Part shown: one piece after another, positions 1 to 7,534 of the stretch
How positions within the stretch are numbered: position 1 is the stretch's first letter
Layout: each line of letters begins with the position of its first letter
DNA from: Bdellovibrionota bacterium
GTDB lineage: Bacteria > Bdellovibrionota_C > UBA2361
DNA: 14,662 nucleotides
Reading direction: 5' to 3'
NCBI GenBank assembly: GCA_044352465.1
Contig: JBILDU010000078.1
Location: forward strand, 1-14,662
Made by a program: the position numbers and the translations under genes
Notes under the pieces: generated by a model
What the model was told of the DNA's origin: nothing
Databases searched by the model: none
Seen by the model: the letters and a program-made list of their open reading frames with translations, nothing else

Positions 1-126
1 TCTCTTGAAACACCCGCTCCTCGGGATAGACCGGAAGACCGAGGTTCAACATCGAATAGTTCACGAACGACAGTTCGATTCGCCCATCATCCCGGGTAAT
101 AAATCCTGAATGGAGCTCACGGGGGA
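1..126. repeat. Exact direct repeat of 1224-1349 (3' part of the HTTM-like gene); truncated by the window edge
   Basis: Base-by-base identity of 1-126 with 1224-1349 (offset 1223); first mismatch at 127 (a) vs 1350 (g). On the minus strand the copy reads PRELHSGFITRDDGRIELSFVNYSMLNLGLPVYPEERVFQE, preceded by an in-frame TGA a few codons upstream and no start. Confidence 0.97.
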
Positions 127-605
127 AGTCACCCCGTCGCCGCCGCGATCACCTGCATTACACGCAAATGTCGCTTCAAATTAGTTGAGCCCCCCGGTCG
201 ACCGGTCGGTGGTGAGGCGGTCAAAATAGTTCCCGACCGCTACTCAACTGGGTAGCCCTTCCTCTCGACTTGTAATTTGGGCTGAGCGGCGCCGACAGCG
301 GCGTTATCGCACACCGGCGCCGGCTCTCATTAAATGGCTATTCCAACCATCTCACCCCAAAAAATGGAGTAAATCGAATATACTCTCTGTTTCGAGGCAA
401 CATTTCGACGGAAGTGCTCATAACACTTTTTGACGTTGGGGATATATCAGCTAATCGGGGGCCGCCGTCTCGGCGCGATCTAAGACGATCGGCGATAGCT
501 CTACACCGTTTTTTGTGTCGGTGAACGCGGTCGTGTCTACGATTGTGTCTCCGCTCGGTTCAAAATAAATGTAGTCGCCACGGCGGCGGTTTTGGGGGGG
601 TCGCA

Positions 606-1103
606 ATGGATTACGCAAAGACAACGAGACGAGTATCTTTTCGTCCAGCGCTTCTTTCGATCTTCACGGTAGTAACCGTTTGGTGTGGAGTAGCGCACGG
701 TAACGATGACTTGGCAACTGACTCCGTCGATCCATTGGTGGCATTCATGCTTGCAGACCCCCAGGGGATAGAATTTGACTGTTACCGTGACGATGGGGCT
801 AAAAAGAAACTGCCCCCCTCATGTCATCGCAACGTACAATGTACCGTTGGTGAAGATACCACCGACAATACGTGTCAAAGTCTGAAACAAAACTATTGCA
901 AGGAATTCGGGGAGAAGTGCACTCTAAAACCAGTTGAAGGCGGACGCGCCTGCGAAAAGCTGTATGGCCAAAAATACAAAGCACGCGACAAGATACAGAC
1001 GAAGTGCAAACTTATGGAACCATCTGATAAAAATAATTGCGATTGTCCAAAACCATCGGCTAGCGCCGATATAGATTTGAGCGAACTCCCAGCCTCTAAT
1101 TAG
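606..1103 (+). CDS. Secreted cysteine-rich hypothetical protein (165 aa; 10 Cys in the mature part)
   Basis: ATG at 606 after a G-run (ORF track starts at TTG 543). Signal-peptide-like N-terminus (KTTRR, hydrophobic core, AHG|ND). Lower GC (25/60 at 841-900). Confidence 0.75.
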   Translation: MDYAKTTRRVSFRPALLSIFTVVTVWCGVAHGNDDLATDSVDPLVAFMLADPQGIEFDCYRDDGAKKKLPPSCHRNVQCTVGEDTTDNTCQSLKQNYCKEFGEKCTLKPVEGGRACEKLYGQKYKARDKIQTKCKLMEPSDKNNCDCPKPSASADIDLSELPASN

Positions 1104-2241
1104 CTGGGCTCTCACACTCGTCCCGTTCGGTAAAAACGGCACCACTGCGACGGTCGGGCTTTCCATAGACGACCGTCGCAGTTTTGTTTGAGAGGGCATA
1201 CCGCCTACAAAGCTCACGTCCGATCTCTTGAAACACCCGCTCCTCGGGATAGACCGGAAGACCGAGGTTCAACATCGAATAGTTCACGAACGACAGTTCG
1301 ATTCGCCCATCATCCCGGGTAATAAATCCTGAATGGAGCTCACGGGGGAGGCGCGCAACATCTTCGGGGTGCACCTTCATCACCGCTCGCGCCCCCCGCC
1401 GAGAATAGAGCGAGTGAGAGAGGTAATCGTCCCAAAGCCCCACGAGATTGAACGCCGGGAGTATCAGATAGAAAAGCGCAACCAGCCCGCTCACTGGAGC
1501 ATATCGCCGCATCGCCGCGATCCCGAAGGGCCGGCTAAAGAGGATCCACAGCGATACGATCATCACGATATTCCACGGCCACACGGCGTGGTTCCAATTA
1601 TGCCCCAGGGGGCCCAAGCAAAGGAGGATACCTAGATGCATCCCGGTAAGACCGATAACACCGACCCGCCGCCGCTTGGCGCTCAGAAGAAGGAGCGCAA
1701 GACCGCTCTCGATGAGCGGAACGAGCACTCCCCCAAGAAGAGGAATTACGCGGTGCTCCTCCGGTATCACCCCGATAAACGGCTCGATGAACCACGGAAA
1801 GCCGTGCAAAACGAACGATACGTTGAACTTTTGTATCCCTGCCCAGAGGTACACCGAAAACAAGATAAGCTGACACATCCCCCACGCGACATCGGCGCGA
1901 GTCTGGTTGCCGCGGCTCCCCCATCCGAGCACAACAAGCATAACGACGTACTGAAGGAGATACGGCATCAGCCGTGACTGGTCGAAGAGCACAAAGACGG
2001 CGTACGCCCCCGCCATCACGACGGCCGGTGCGCTACGGTGCGGACGAAAGAAAATCATCACGAGCGAGCCGACGAGTAGCGCCAGAAGGGCGAGACTCGC
2101 TTCACACGGCAGCGGTGTTGCCTCGAACACCGGTGCGGTCGGGAACGGCCGAGCGTCGAACCACGCAGGTAAAGTGAGCGCGATGGTGGCGAGAAACGCC
2201 ACCACGATCACCTTCTGAAGAACTCGAATCGAGTCCGACAT
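1096..2241 (-). CDS. Polytopic membrane protein, HTTM / MauE-DoxX-like family (381 aa)
   Basis: Many TM segments; motifs FDQSRLMPY, YLWAGIQKFN, PLIE, MHLGIL, LGPLGHNWNHAVWPWN, WDDYLSHSLYS, VYPEERVF. YxxAGxxK resembles the HTTM/gamma-carboxylase lysine motif. The CDS is solid; the family label is less certain. Confidence 0.75.
   Translation of the reverse strand: MSDSIRVLQKVIVVAFLATIALTLPAWFDARPFPTAPVFEATPLPCEASLALLALLVGSLVMIFFRPHRSAPAVVMAGAYAVFVLFDQSRLMPYLLQYVVMLVVLGWGSRGNQTRADVAWGMCQLILFSVYLWAGIQKFNVSFVLHGFPWFIEPFIGVIPEEHRVIPLLGGVLVPLIESGLALLLLSAKRRRVGVIGLTGMHLGILLCLGPLGHNWNHAVWPWNIVMIVSLWILFSRPFGIAAMRRYAPVSGLVALFYLILPAFNLVGLWDDYLSHSLYSRRGARAVMKVHPEDVARLPRELHSGFITRDDGRIELSFVNYSMLNLGLPVYPEERVFQEIGRELCRRYALSNKTATVVYGKPDRRSGAVFTERDECESPAN
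1224..1349. repeat. Second copy of the 126-bp exact direct repeat, inside the HTTM-like CDS
   Basis: Identical to 1-126. Confidence 0.97.
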
Positions 2242-2313
2242 GTTACAAAAAGCCTTCGTTTCCCCTACCTCGGATCTCGTTGCCGCCGAACAGGCGACGG
2301 GAGCGAATGTCCG

Positions 2314-2977
2314 CTAGCGAAACACCAACGGAGCCACGACAATCGCCCCTCCGGTAAGGCTACCCCAGAAGAGAGCTTCACGCGACCTCGAATCGGTGTC
2401 GGTTGGGGATGTCCCCGTAAGGAGCCGAGCGAGCCCGTAGGTGATGACAAGATAGCTTACAAAGAAGAGGTCGAGATCTTTTAGCGGACCCCGCCGGGAA
2501 TCATAAAAAAGAGGTAGTGTGGGTAAAAGAGGGTGCTCCCGAGGAAAAACCCTCCCCCACTACCGATCGCCTCCCGAACGGTGACCCAACGGACGATCCG
2601 CATGAGTCGGGGCAGGTTCGCAAGACCGACGAGCGGGATACACCACCCTGCGGCGTGAAAGATCATCCAGCCGAGATCGCGCAGATGAACGGCGGAGAGC
2701 GCAACTCCGAGGGGGAAATAAATGGAGACATCCTCCGGGACGATTCGACGGTAACGGGGAACGAGATGTCCATCCCCGGTATCGATTTGGGAAGATAGGG
2801 CGACAAACGTCGTTCATCGACAGGAGGACCTCTCAGCGCTCCCACGGCTATGAGGAGAACGAGACCGAAGGCTATCCCCACCGTCCCGATCGAATACGAC
2901 CAACCATCGATAAGAAGGCAGACTATCGCGGTAATCGCTGCGGCTACCGCGATAGTCAACAGGCGACGGTGAATCAT
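2314..2977 (-). pseudogene. Membrane protein gene broken by two single-base frameshifts (~2813 and ~2490); about 221 aa if repaired
   Basis: Frame 1: MIHRRLL...RGPPVDE. Frame 2 (open 2813-2481): TTFVALSSQIDTGDGHLVPRY...HLRDLGWMIFHAAGW...HYLFFMIPG. Frame 3: GPLKDLDLFFVSYLVITYGLARLL...GAIVVAPLVFR, stop at 2316-2314. Adding one base at each junction gives a continuous hydrophobic ORF. Confidence 0.7.
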
Positions 2978-3002
2978 AACGGGGACCGCGGATTTTAATC
3001 TC

Positions 3003-3018
3003 AGGGGAAAGTTCCCCT
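3003..3018 (-). terminator. Short hairpin overlapping the acs stop codon; possible weak terminator or 3' stabiliser
   Basis: AGGGGA-AAGT-TCCCCT, 6-bp stem; no U-tract. Confidence 0.25.
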
Positions 3019-4960
3019 ACCGTACTTCGAGCCGTCCCCGCGCGATCTGCTCCACGACCGCCGGATCGGCGAGGGTGGTGATATCGCCGAAGCTCTCGGT
3101 CTCACCCTCCGCGATTTTACGGAGGATACGGCGCATAATCTTCCCGGAGCGCGTCTTCGGAAGCCCCGGTACGATCTGGATCTTATCGGGTTGTGCGAAG
3201 GGTCCGATGACACGGCGTACCGCATCTTTGATCGCCGTCGTAGTCTCTGCGTTCGCCGTAACCCCAGCGCGGGGGATGCAAAAGGCGTAGATCCCGGTGC
3301 CTTTTACGTCATGGGGAAACCCAACAACCGCGGCTTCAGCCACAACACCCGACTGTACACACGCGCTCTCGATCTCAGCGGTGCCGATCCGGTGACCAGC
3401 GACGTTCAGCACGTCGTCGACCCGCCCTGTGATCCAGTAGTACCCGTCCTCATCGCGGATCGCAGCGTCCCCGGTAAAGTAATAACCGGGGTAGTCTGAA
3501 AAATACGTTTTACGGAAACGCTCGTGGTCCCCGTAGACGGTGCGCATCTGTCCTGGCCACGGAAACTTAATGCAGAGCCGACCTTTGACCCCGTTGCCGT
3601 GAAGCTCCTTACCGTGTTCATCGAGGATCACCGGCTGAACGCCGAAGAACGGCCGGGTTGCGGAACCGGGTTTTGTGCGGGTCGCACCCGGCAGGGGCGT
3701 AATCATGATGCCCCCCGTTTCGGTCTGCCACCACGTATCGACGATCGCGCACCGGCTATCCCCCACCCGCTCAAAGTACCACCGCCACGCCGCATCGTTG
3801 ATAGGCTCACCCACGCTCCCTAAAATACGGAGCGAGCTTCGATCGTACTGGGTTATAAAATCGTCCGACTCCTTCGCGATGGTACGAATGGCGGTCGGTG
3901 CGGTGTAGAAAATCGTGACTTTGTGACGTTCGACGATATCCCAATACCGTCCCGCGTCGGGATAGGTCGGCATCGACTCGAACATTATCGTCGTGGCACC
4001 GTTACAGAGGGGGCCGTAGACGATATACGAATGCCCGGTTATCCAACCCGCATCGGCGGCGCAGAAATACACATCGTCTTCGTGGCAGTCGAAGACGTAG
4101 CGGTGCGTCGTCGCAACATAGACGAGATAACCACCTTGGGTATGCAGCACACCTTTCGGTTTACCTGTTGAACCAGAGGTATAGAGGATAAAAAGTGGAT
4201 CCTCGGCGTCGAGCTTCTCCGCGGGACACTCCGCTGATGCCTTCAAAACCGCGTCATCCCACAGCACATCACGCCCCGGCACAAGGTTACACGCCGACTC
4301 TGTGCGGCGGTAGACGAGCACCGCCGAAACGCAATCGACCCCATCGAGCGCCGTATCAACGATCTCTTTCAGAGGAATCGACTTCGGCCCGCGAAGTCCC
4401 TCGTTCGCGGTAACAACCACCTTGCATTTTGAGTCGAGCACCCGGTCTCGCACCGCCTCGGCCGAAAATCCAGCGAAGATGACCGAGTGCACCGCACCGA
4501 TTCGGGCGCAGGCGAGCATCGTCATCGCAAGCTCCGGGACCATCGGCATGTAGATCGCAACCCGGTCTCCTTTCTTAACCCCGAGTGCCTTAAGCGCGTT
4601 CGCTGCCTTTGATACACCTGTGTGGAGCTCTCGGTAGGTAATCTTTCGCTCATCACCCGGCTCGTTCCCGATCCAGATGATTGCGGTCTTATCCCCCCGC
4701 CCCTCAACGTGGCGATCGACGCAGTTAAAGGAGACGTTAAGCTCGCCTCCTTGAAACCACCGAATATGGGCTTTCGGGTAATCGTGCTCAAGAGTCGTCT
4801 TCCACGGGGAGAACCAGGACACGAACTCCAGCGCGCGCTCGCTCCAGAAACCTTCGGGGTCTTCGATCGAGCGTTTGTAGAGCGCTTCGTACTGAACGTT
4901 ATCAAGGAGGGCGTGCTTTGCAACACGTTCCGGTACATCGAAGATTTGGGGTGGCGTCAT
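3017..4960 (-). CDS. acs: Acetyl-CoA synthetase (acetate--CoA ligase), 647 aa
   Basis: YTSGSTGKPKG, GSVGEPIN, DTWWQTETG and PKTRSGKIMRR (acetylation Lys). ATG 4960 is preceded by GGAGGAG, so it is preferred over GTG 4990. Confidence 0.97.
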   Translation of the reverse strand: MTPPQIFDVPERVAKHALLDNVQYEALYKRSIEDPEGFWSERALEFVSWFSPWKTTLEHDYPKAHIRWFQGGELNVSFNCVDRHVEGRGDKTAIIWIGNEPGDERKITYRELHTGVSKAANALKALGVKKGDRVAIYMPMVPELAMTMLACARIGAVHSVIFAGFSAEAVRDRVLDSKCKVVVTANEGLRGPKSIPLKEIVDTALDGVDCVSAVLVYRRTESACNLVPGRDVLWDDAVLKASAECPAEKLDAEDPLFILYTSGSTGKPKGVLHTQGGYLVYVATTHRYVFDCHEDDVYFCAADAGWITGHSYIVYGPLCNGATTIMFESMPTYPDAGRYWDIVERHKVTIFYTAPTAIRTIAKESDDFITQYDRSSLRILGSVGEPINDAAWRWYFERVGDSRCAIVDTWWQTETGGIMITPLPGATRTKPGSATRPFFGVQPVILDEHGKELHGNGVKGRLCIKFPWPGQMRTVYGDHERFRKTYFSDYPGYYFTGDAAIRDEDGYYWITGRVDDVLNVAGHRIGTAEIESACVQSGVVAEAAVVGFPHDVKGTGIYAFCIPRAGVTANAETTTAIKDAVRRVIGPFAQPDKIQIVPGLPKTRSGKIMRRILRKIAEGETESFGDITTLADPAVVEQIARGRLEVR

Positions 4961-5038
4961 AAAGGAACTCCTCCAGAGGAGTTCTACCACACCGGATGGA
5001 ACCGATGAACTGAAAGATTTGCCCGGAATTGCCCCGTT

Positions 5039-6487
5039 TTAGCCCTTAATAACCGCCACCGGCTTAAGCTTCGCCACCGGCTTCGCGAGCTCGCCGTGGG
5101 AGACCACATCAACAACGGCGTTCACATCTTTGTAGGCAACCGGTGCCTCCTCCAAAAGCCCCTTCGCCGAGGCGGAGCGGATGATGATGCCTTTCGCGGC
5201 GAGGTCGCGCCGGAGCTGGTTATAGTCGATCGTTTTTCGGGCCCGCATCCTTGAAAGTTGCCGTCCAGCCCCGTGGCACGAGGAGCCGAAGCTCGCGTGC
5301 ATGCCGAGCTTCGTGCCCCGTAGCACGTACGAGCACGTCCCCATCGAGCCGGGGATTATCACCGGTTGGCCCACCTCACGGTACCGCTCCGGGATCTCCT
5401 CCCTCCCGGGGCCGAAGGCACGGGTCGCACCTTTGCGGTGCACGATGTAGTCCTTAACCCCGTGGGTCTCAAGCTTGGCGATGTTGTGGGATACATCGTA
5501 AAGAAGTTTTAGATTCTCGGAGTCCTCAAGCTTAAGGCACCGTTTAAAAGCGTTCCGCGCGGCGTAGGTTATCACCTGACGATTGGTCCACGCAAAATTC
5601 GCCGCCGCCGCCATCGCTTGAAAATAGCGCTGCCCCTCGGGGGACATAAACGGCGCGCATGAAAGCTCTCTATCGGGAAGCTCGATTCCGTATTTCGTGA
5701 GCACATTATTCATCACCTGGACATAGTCGGTGCACGTTTGGTGCCCAAGCCCCCGCGACCCGGTATGGATCATCACCGTAATCTGATCCTTGAAGAGTCC
5801 GAAAATCTCGGCGGTGGGCGGGTCGAGGATCTCTTCCACCTCCTGAATCTCTACGAAATGATTCCCCGATCCGATCGTGCCGAGTTGGTCGCGCCCCCGT
5901 TTTTTAGCGTGCTCCGACACCGCCCCGGCATCGGCGTGGTGGTAGCTTCCCCGCTCCTCGATACATTCGAGGTCCTCCTCTCTCGCGTACCCTTTATGCA
6001 GCGCCCACTCACATCCGGTATTAAGCACCCGATCCATCTCCTCGTCGGAGAGGACAAATTCCCCTCCCCGCCCCACACCGGACGGGATATCGCGGGAGAG
6101 CTGGGTTGCGAGACCTTCGAGGCGATCGGCGATATCGGCGCGGATGAAACGGCTTAAAAGAAGCCGCACCCCACAGTTGATGTCGTAGCCCACACCTCCG
6201 GGCGAGATGACCCCGTCGCTTGAGCGGATCGGCGCCACCCCTCCGATCGGAAAGCCGTAGCCTTGGTGCATGTCAGGCATCGCCAGTGCGTACGGGTCGA
6301 TCCCGGGTAGCGTGGCGACGTTGACAAGTTGATCGACCGAGGTGTCGGAGAGAATCGCGTCGATGAGATCGGCGCGGGTGTAAAATCGCGCCGGTGCGCG
6401 CATATCGGCGCGAAAAGATGCCGGGACCTCAAATAGGTACGGCGAAAGTTCGATAAGATCGGCGCGAGTAACGTGGCCGTGGGTCAT
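5039..6487 (-). CDS. rtcB: RtcB RNA 2',3'-cyclic phosphate/5'-OH ligase, long archaeal/eukaryal-like type (482 aa)
   Basis: PDMHQGYGFPIGGV, GYDINCGVRL, GSGNHF, HTGSRG, HNIA, HRKGATRAF, SCHGAGR (guanylylated His), EEAPxAYKD and terminal IKG. Confidence 0.97.
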   Translation of the reverse strand: MTHGHVTRADLIELSPYLFEVPASFRADMRAPARFYTRADLIDAILSDTSVDQLVNVATLPGIDPYALAMPDMHQGYGFPIGGVAPIRSSDGVISPGGVGYDINCGVRLLLSRFIRADIADRLEGLATQLSRDIPSGVGRGGEFVLSDEEMDRVLNTGCEWALHKGYAREEDLECIEERGSYHHADAGAVSEHAKKRGRDQLGTIGSGNHFVEIQEVEEILDPPTAEIFGLFKDQITVMIHTGSRGLGHQTCTDYVQVMNNVLTKYGIELPDRELSCAPFMSPEGQRYFQAMAAAANFAWTNRQVITYAARNAFKRCLKLEDSENLKLLYDVSHNIAKLETHGVKDYIVHRKGATRAFGPGREEIPERYREVGQPVIIPGSMGTCSYVLRGTKLGMHASFGSSCHGAGRQLSRMRARKTIDYNQLRRDLAAKGIIIRSASAKGLLEEAPVAYKDVNAVVDVVSHGELAKPVAKLKPVAVIKG

Positions 6488-6556
6488 ACAAAAAGTTTCT
6501 TCACAGAAGACAGCCCTGCATTACCCCTCGCGATCTGTGGATGGCTCGATTCTGTC

Positions 6557-6637
6557 GAGCCGTGCTTGAATCACCTGTGGCGCTATTCGGCCGGACAGAG
6601 TCCGGCCCTCCAGAGCCGTGCTCACACAACCTGTGGC
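6557..6637. repeat. Two copies of GAGCCGTGCT-N6-ACCTGTGGC (6557-6581 and 6613-6637) in the archease-rtcB spacer, with an 8-bp hairpin between them
   Basis: 19 flanking bases identical, spacing 56 bp; GGCCGGAC-AGA-GTCCGGCC at 6589-6607. Confidence 0.7.
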
Positions 6638-6685
6638 ACTCCACCCTTCCGATCTTTGATCGATCACCCCGACGGCTCGTCACAC

Positions 6686-7096
6686 TTAAATATCGAACGT
6701 GACACACGCCTCAACACCATCGGGGGTGTGAACCACCTTCAGTCCATGATAGGTAACCGCTTTGATATCTTCAAGTTGCTCACCTTGCACAACCGCGAGT
6801 TTCGCATAAACCGCAGTGCATGAGATATGCGTTATCTCTCTCACGACGACTCGCCCGTGATGGATCGAGGTCAGGAGAAGGATATGTGAGAGCCAATCAA
6901 CGATGAGCCCGACCCCATCTGTGGCGTGGAGCTCAACGGTCTCTTCGGTGATGAACGAGCTCGAACCAGCCTCTGTCTCGCCACCAAAGAGATACTCGCT
7001 CATTCCCCGGGCGAGCTCGATAAAGAGCTCTCGCTCGCTCGCACCGCGCGCTCGAAGCGCAATATCCGCTGTATGCTCAACGAACTCGTACGCCAA
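6686..7096 (-). CDS. Archease (RtcB activator), 136 aa
   Basis: N-terminal EHTADI, IKAVTYH and C-terminal FDI signature motifs; upstream of rtcB; TTG start. Confidence 0.95.
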   Translation of the reverse strand: MAYEFVEHTADIALRARGASERELFIELARGMSEYLFGGETEAGSSSFITEETVELHATDGVGLIVDWLSHILLLTSIHHGRVVVREITHISCTAVYAKLAVVQGEQLEDIKAVTYHGLKVVHTPDGVEACVTFDI

Positions 7097-7108
7097 CTCG
7101 GGGACCTT

Positions 7109-7522
7109 CTATCTCGCTCCGACGATATCTTTATACGCCCCGCCGTTGATGACCTTGGTAAAACCGAGCGCCTTCAGCTCAGCCACCGCGAGGCCGGAGC
7201 GCCGGCCCGAGCGGCAGTAAAGAACGATCTCACGTCCTCTATCGTCTCCAAAGACCGCAAGATTCTCTGCGATCTTGGTATGGGGCACATTAATCGCGTT
7301 TTCAAGGTGCCCTGCGGCGAACTCCTCTGGGGTACGGACATCAACTACTAAAGCACCGCTTTTTATTCTCTCGAGTGCATCGCGCGGCGAGGTGGTCTCA
7401 AGAGAAACAACTGCGTCGCCCTCCCGCGAGAGAGGAATCGCCTCACCACCACCAGCAGCGAATGCGTCGACCCGAGGGGTCAAAAGAAGACACACCGCCA
7501 ATAAGCTTTTGAGCCAATCCAT
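7109..7522 (-). CDS. Single-domain rhodanese (PspE-like sulfurtransferase) with signal peptide
   Basis: VDVRTPEEFAAGHLENAINVP, active-site loop YCRSGRRS; N-terminal hydrophobic leader ending AFA; AGGAAAGGA RBS. Confidence 0.92.
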   Translation of the reverse strand: MDWLKSLLAVCLLLTPRVDAFAAGGGEAIPLSREGDAVVSLETTSPRDALERIKSGALVVDVRTPEEFAAGHLENAINVPHTKIAENLAVFGDDRGREIVLYCRSGRRSGLAVAELKALGFTKVINGGAYKDIVGAR

Positions 7523-7534
7523 CGTTCCTTTCCT

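Noticed and set aside
430..458. Sigma70 promoter for the Cys-rich gene (TTGACG at 430-435)
   Set aside because: No acceptable -10 at 16-18 nt spacing.
543..605. N-terminal extension of the Cys-rich ORF from TTG 543
   Set aside because: ATG 606 places the signal peptide at the N-terminus.
1..1349. DGR template/variable repeat pair
   Set aside because: The length fits, but there are no mismatches at all (no adenine-specific changes) and no reverse transcriptase in the window.
2265..2817. Short ORFs 2265-2450, 2481-2666, 2517-2798 and 2560-2817 as independent genes
   Set aside because: Better explained as pieces or shadows of the frameshifted gene 2977-2314.
6557..6637. Mini CRISPR array (25-bp units, 31-bp spacer)
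   Set aside because: Only two units, their centres differ, the spacer is itself a hairpin and there are no cas genes.
6501..6707. 68-aa minus-strand ORF (and plus ORF 6473-6823) filling the archease-rtcB gap
   Set aside because: Overlaps archease, has no RBS or recognisable motif and has atypical composition; not fully excluded.
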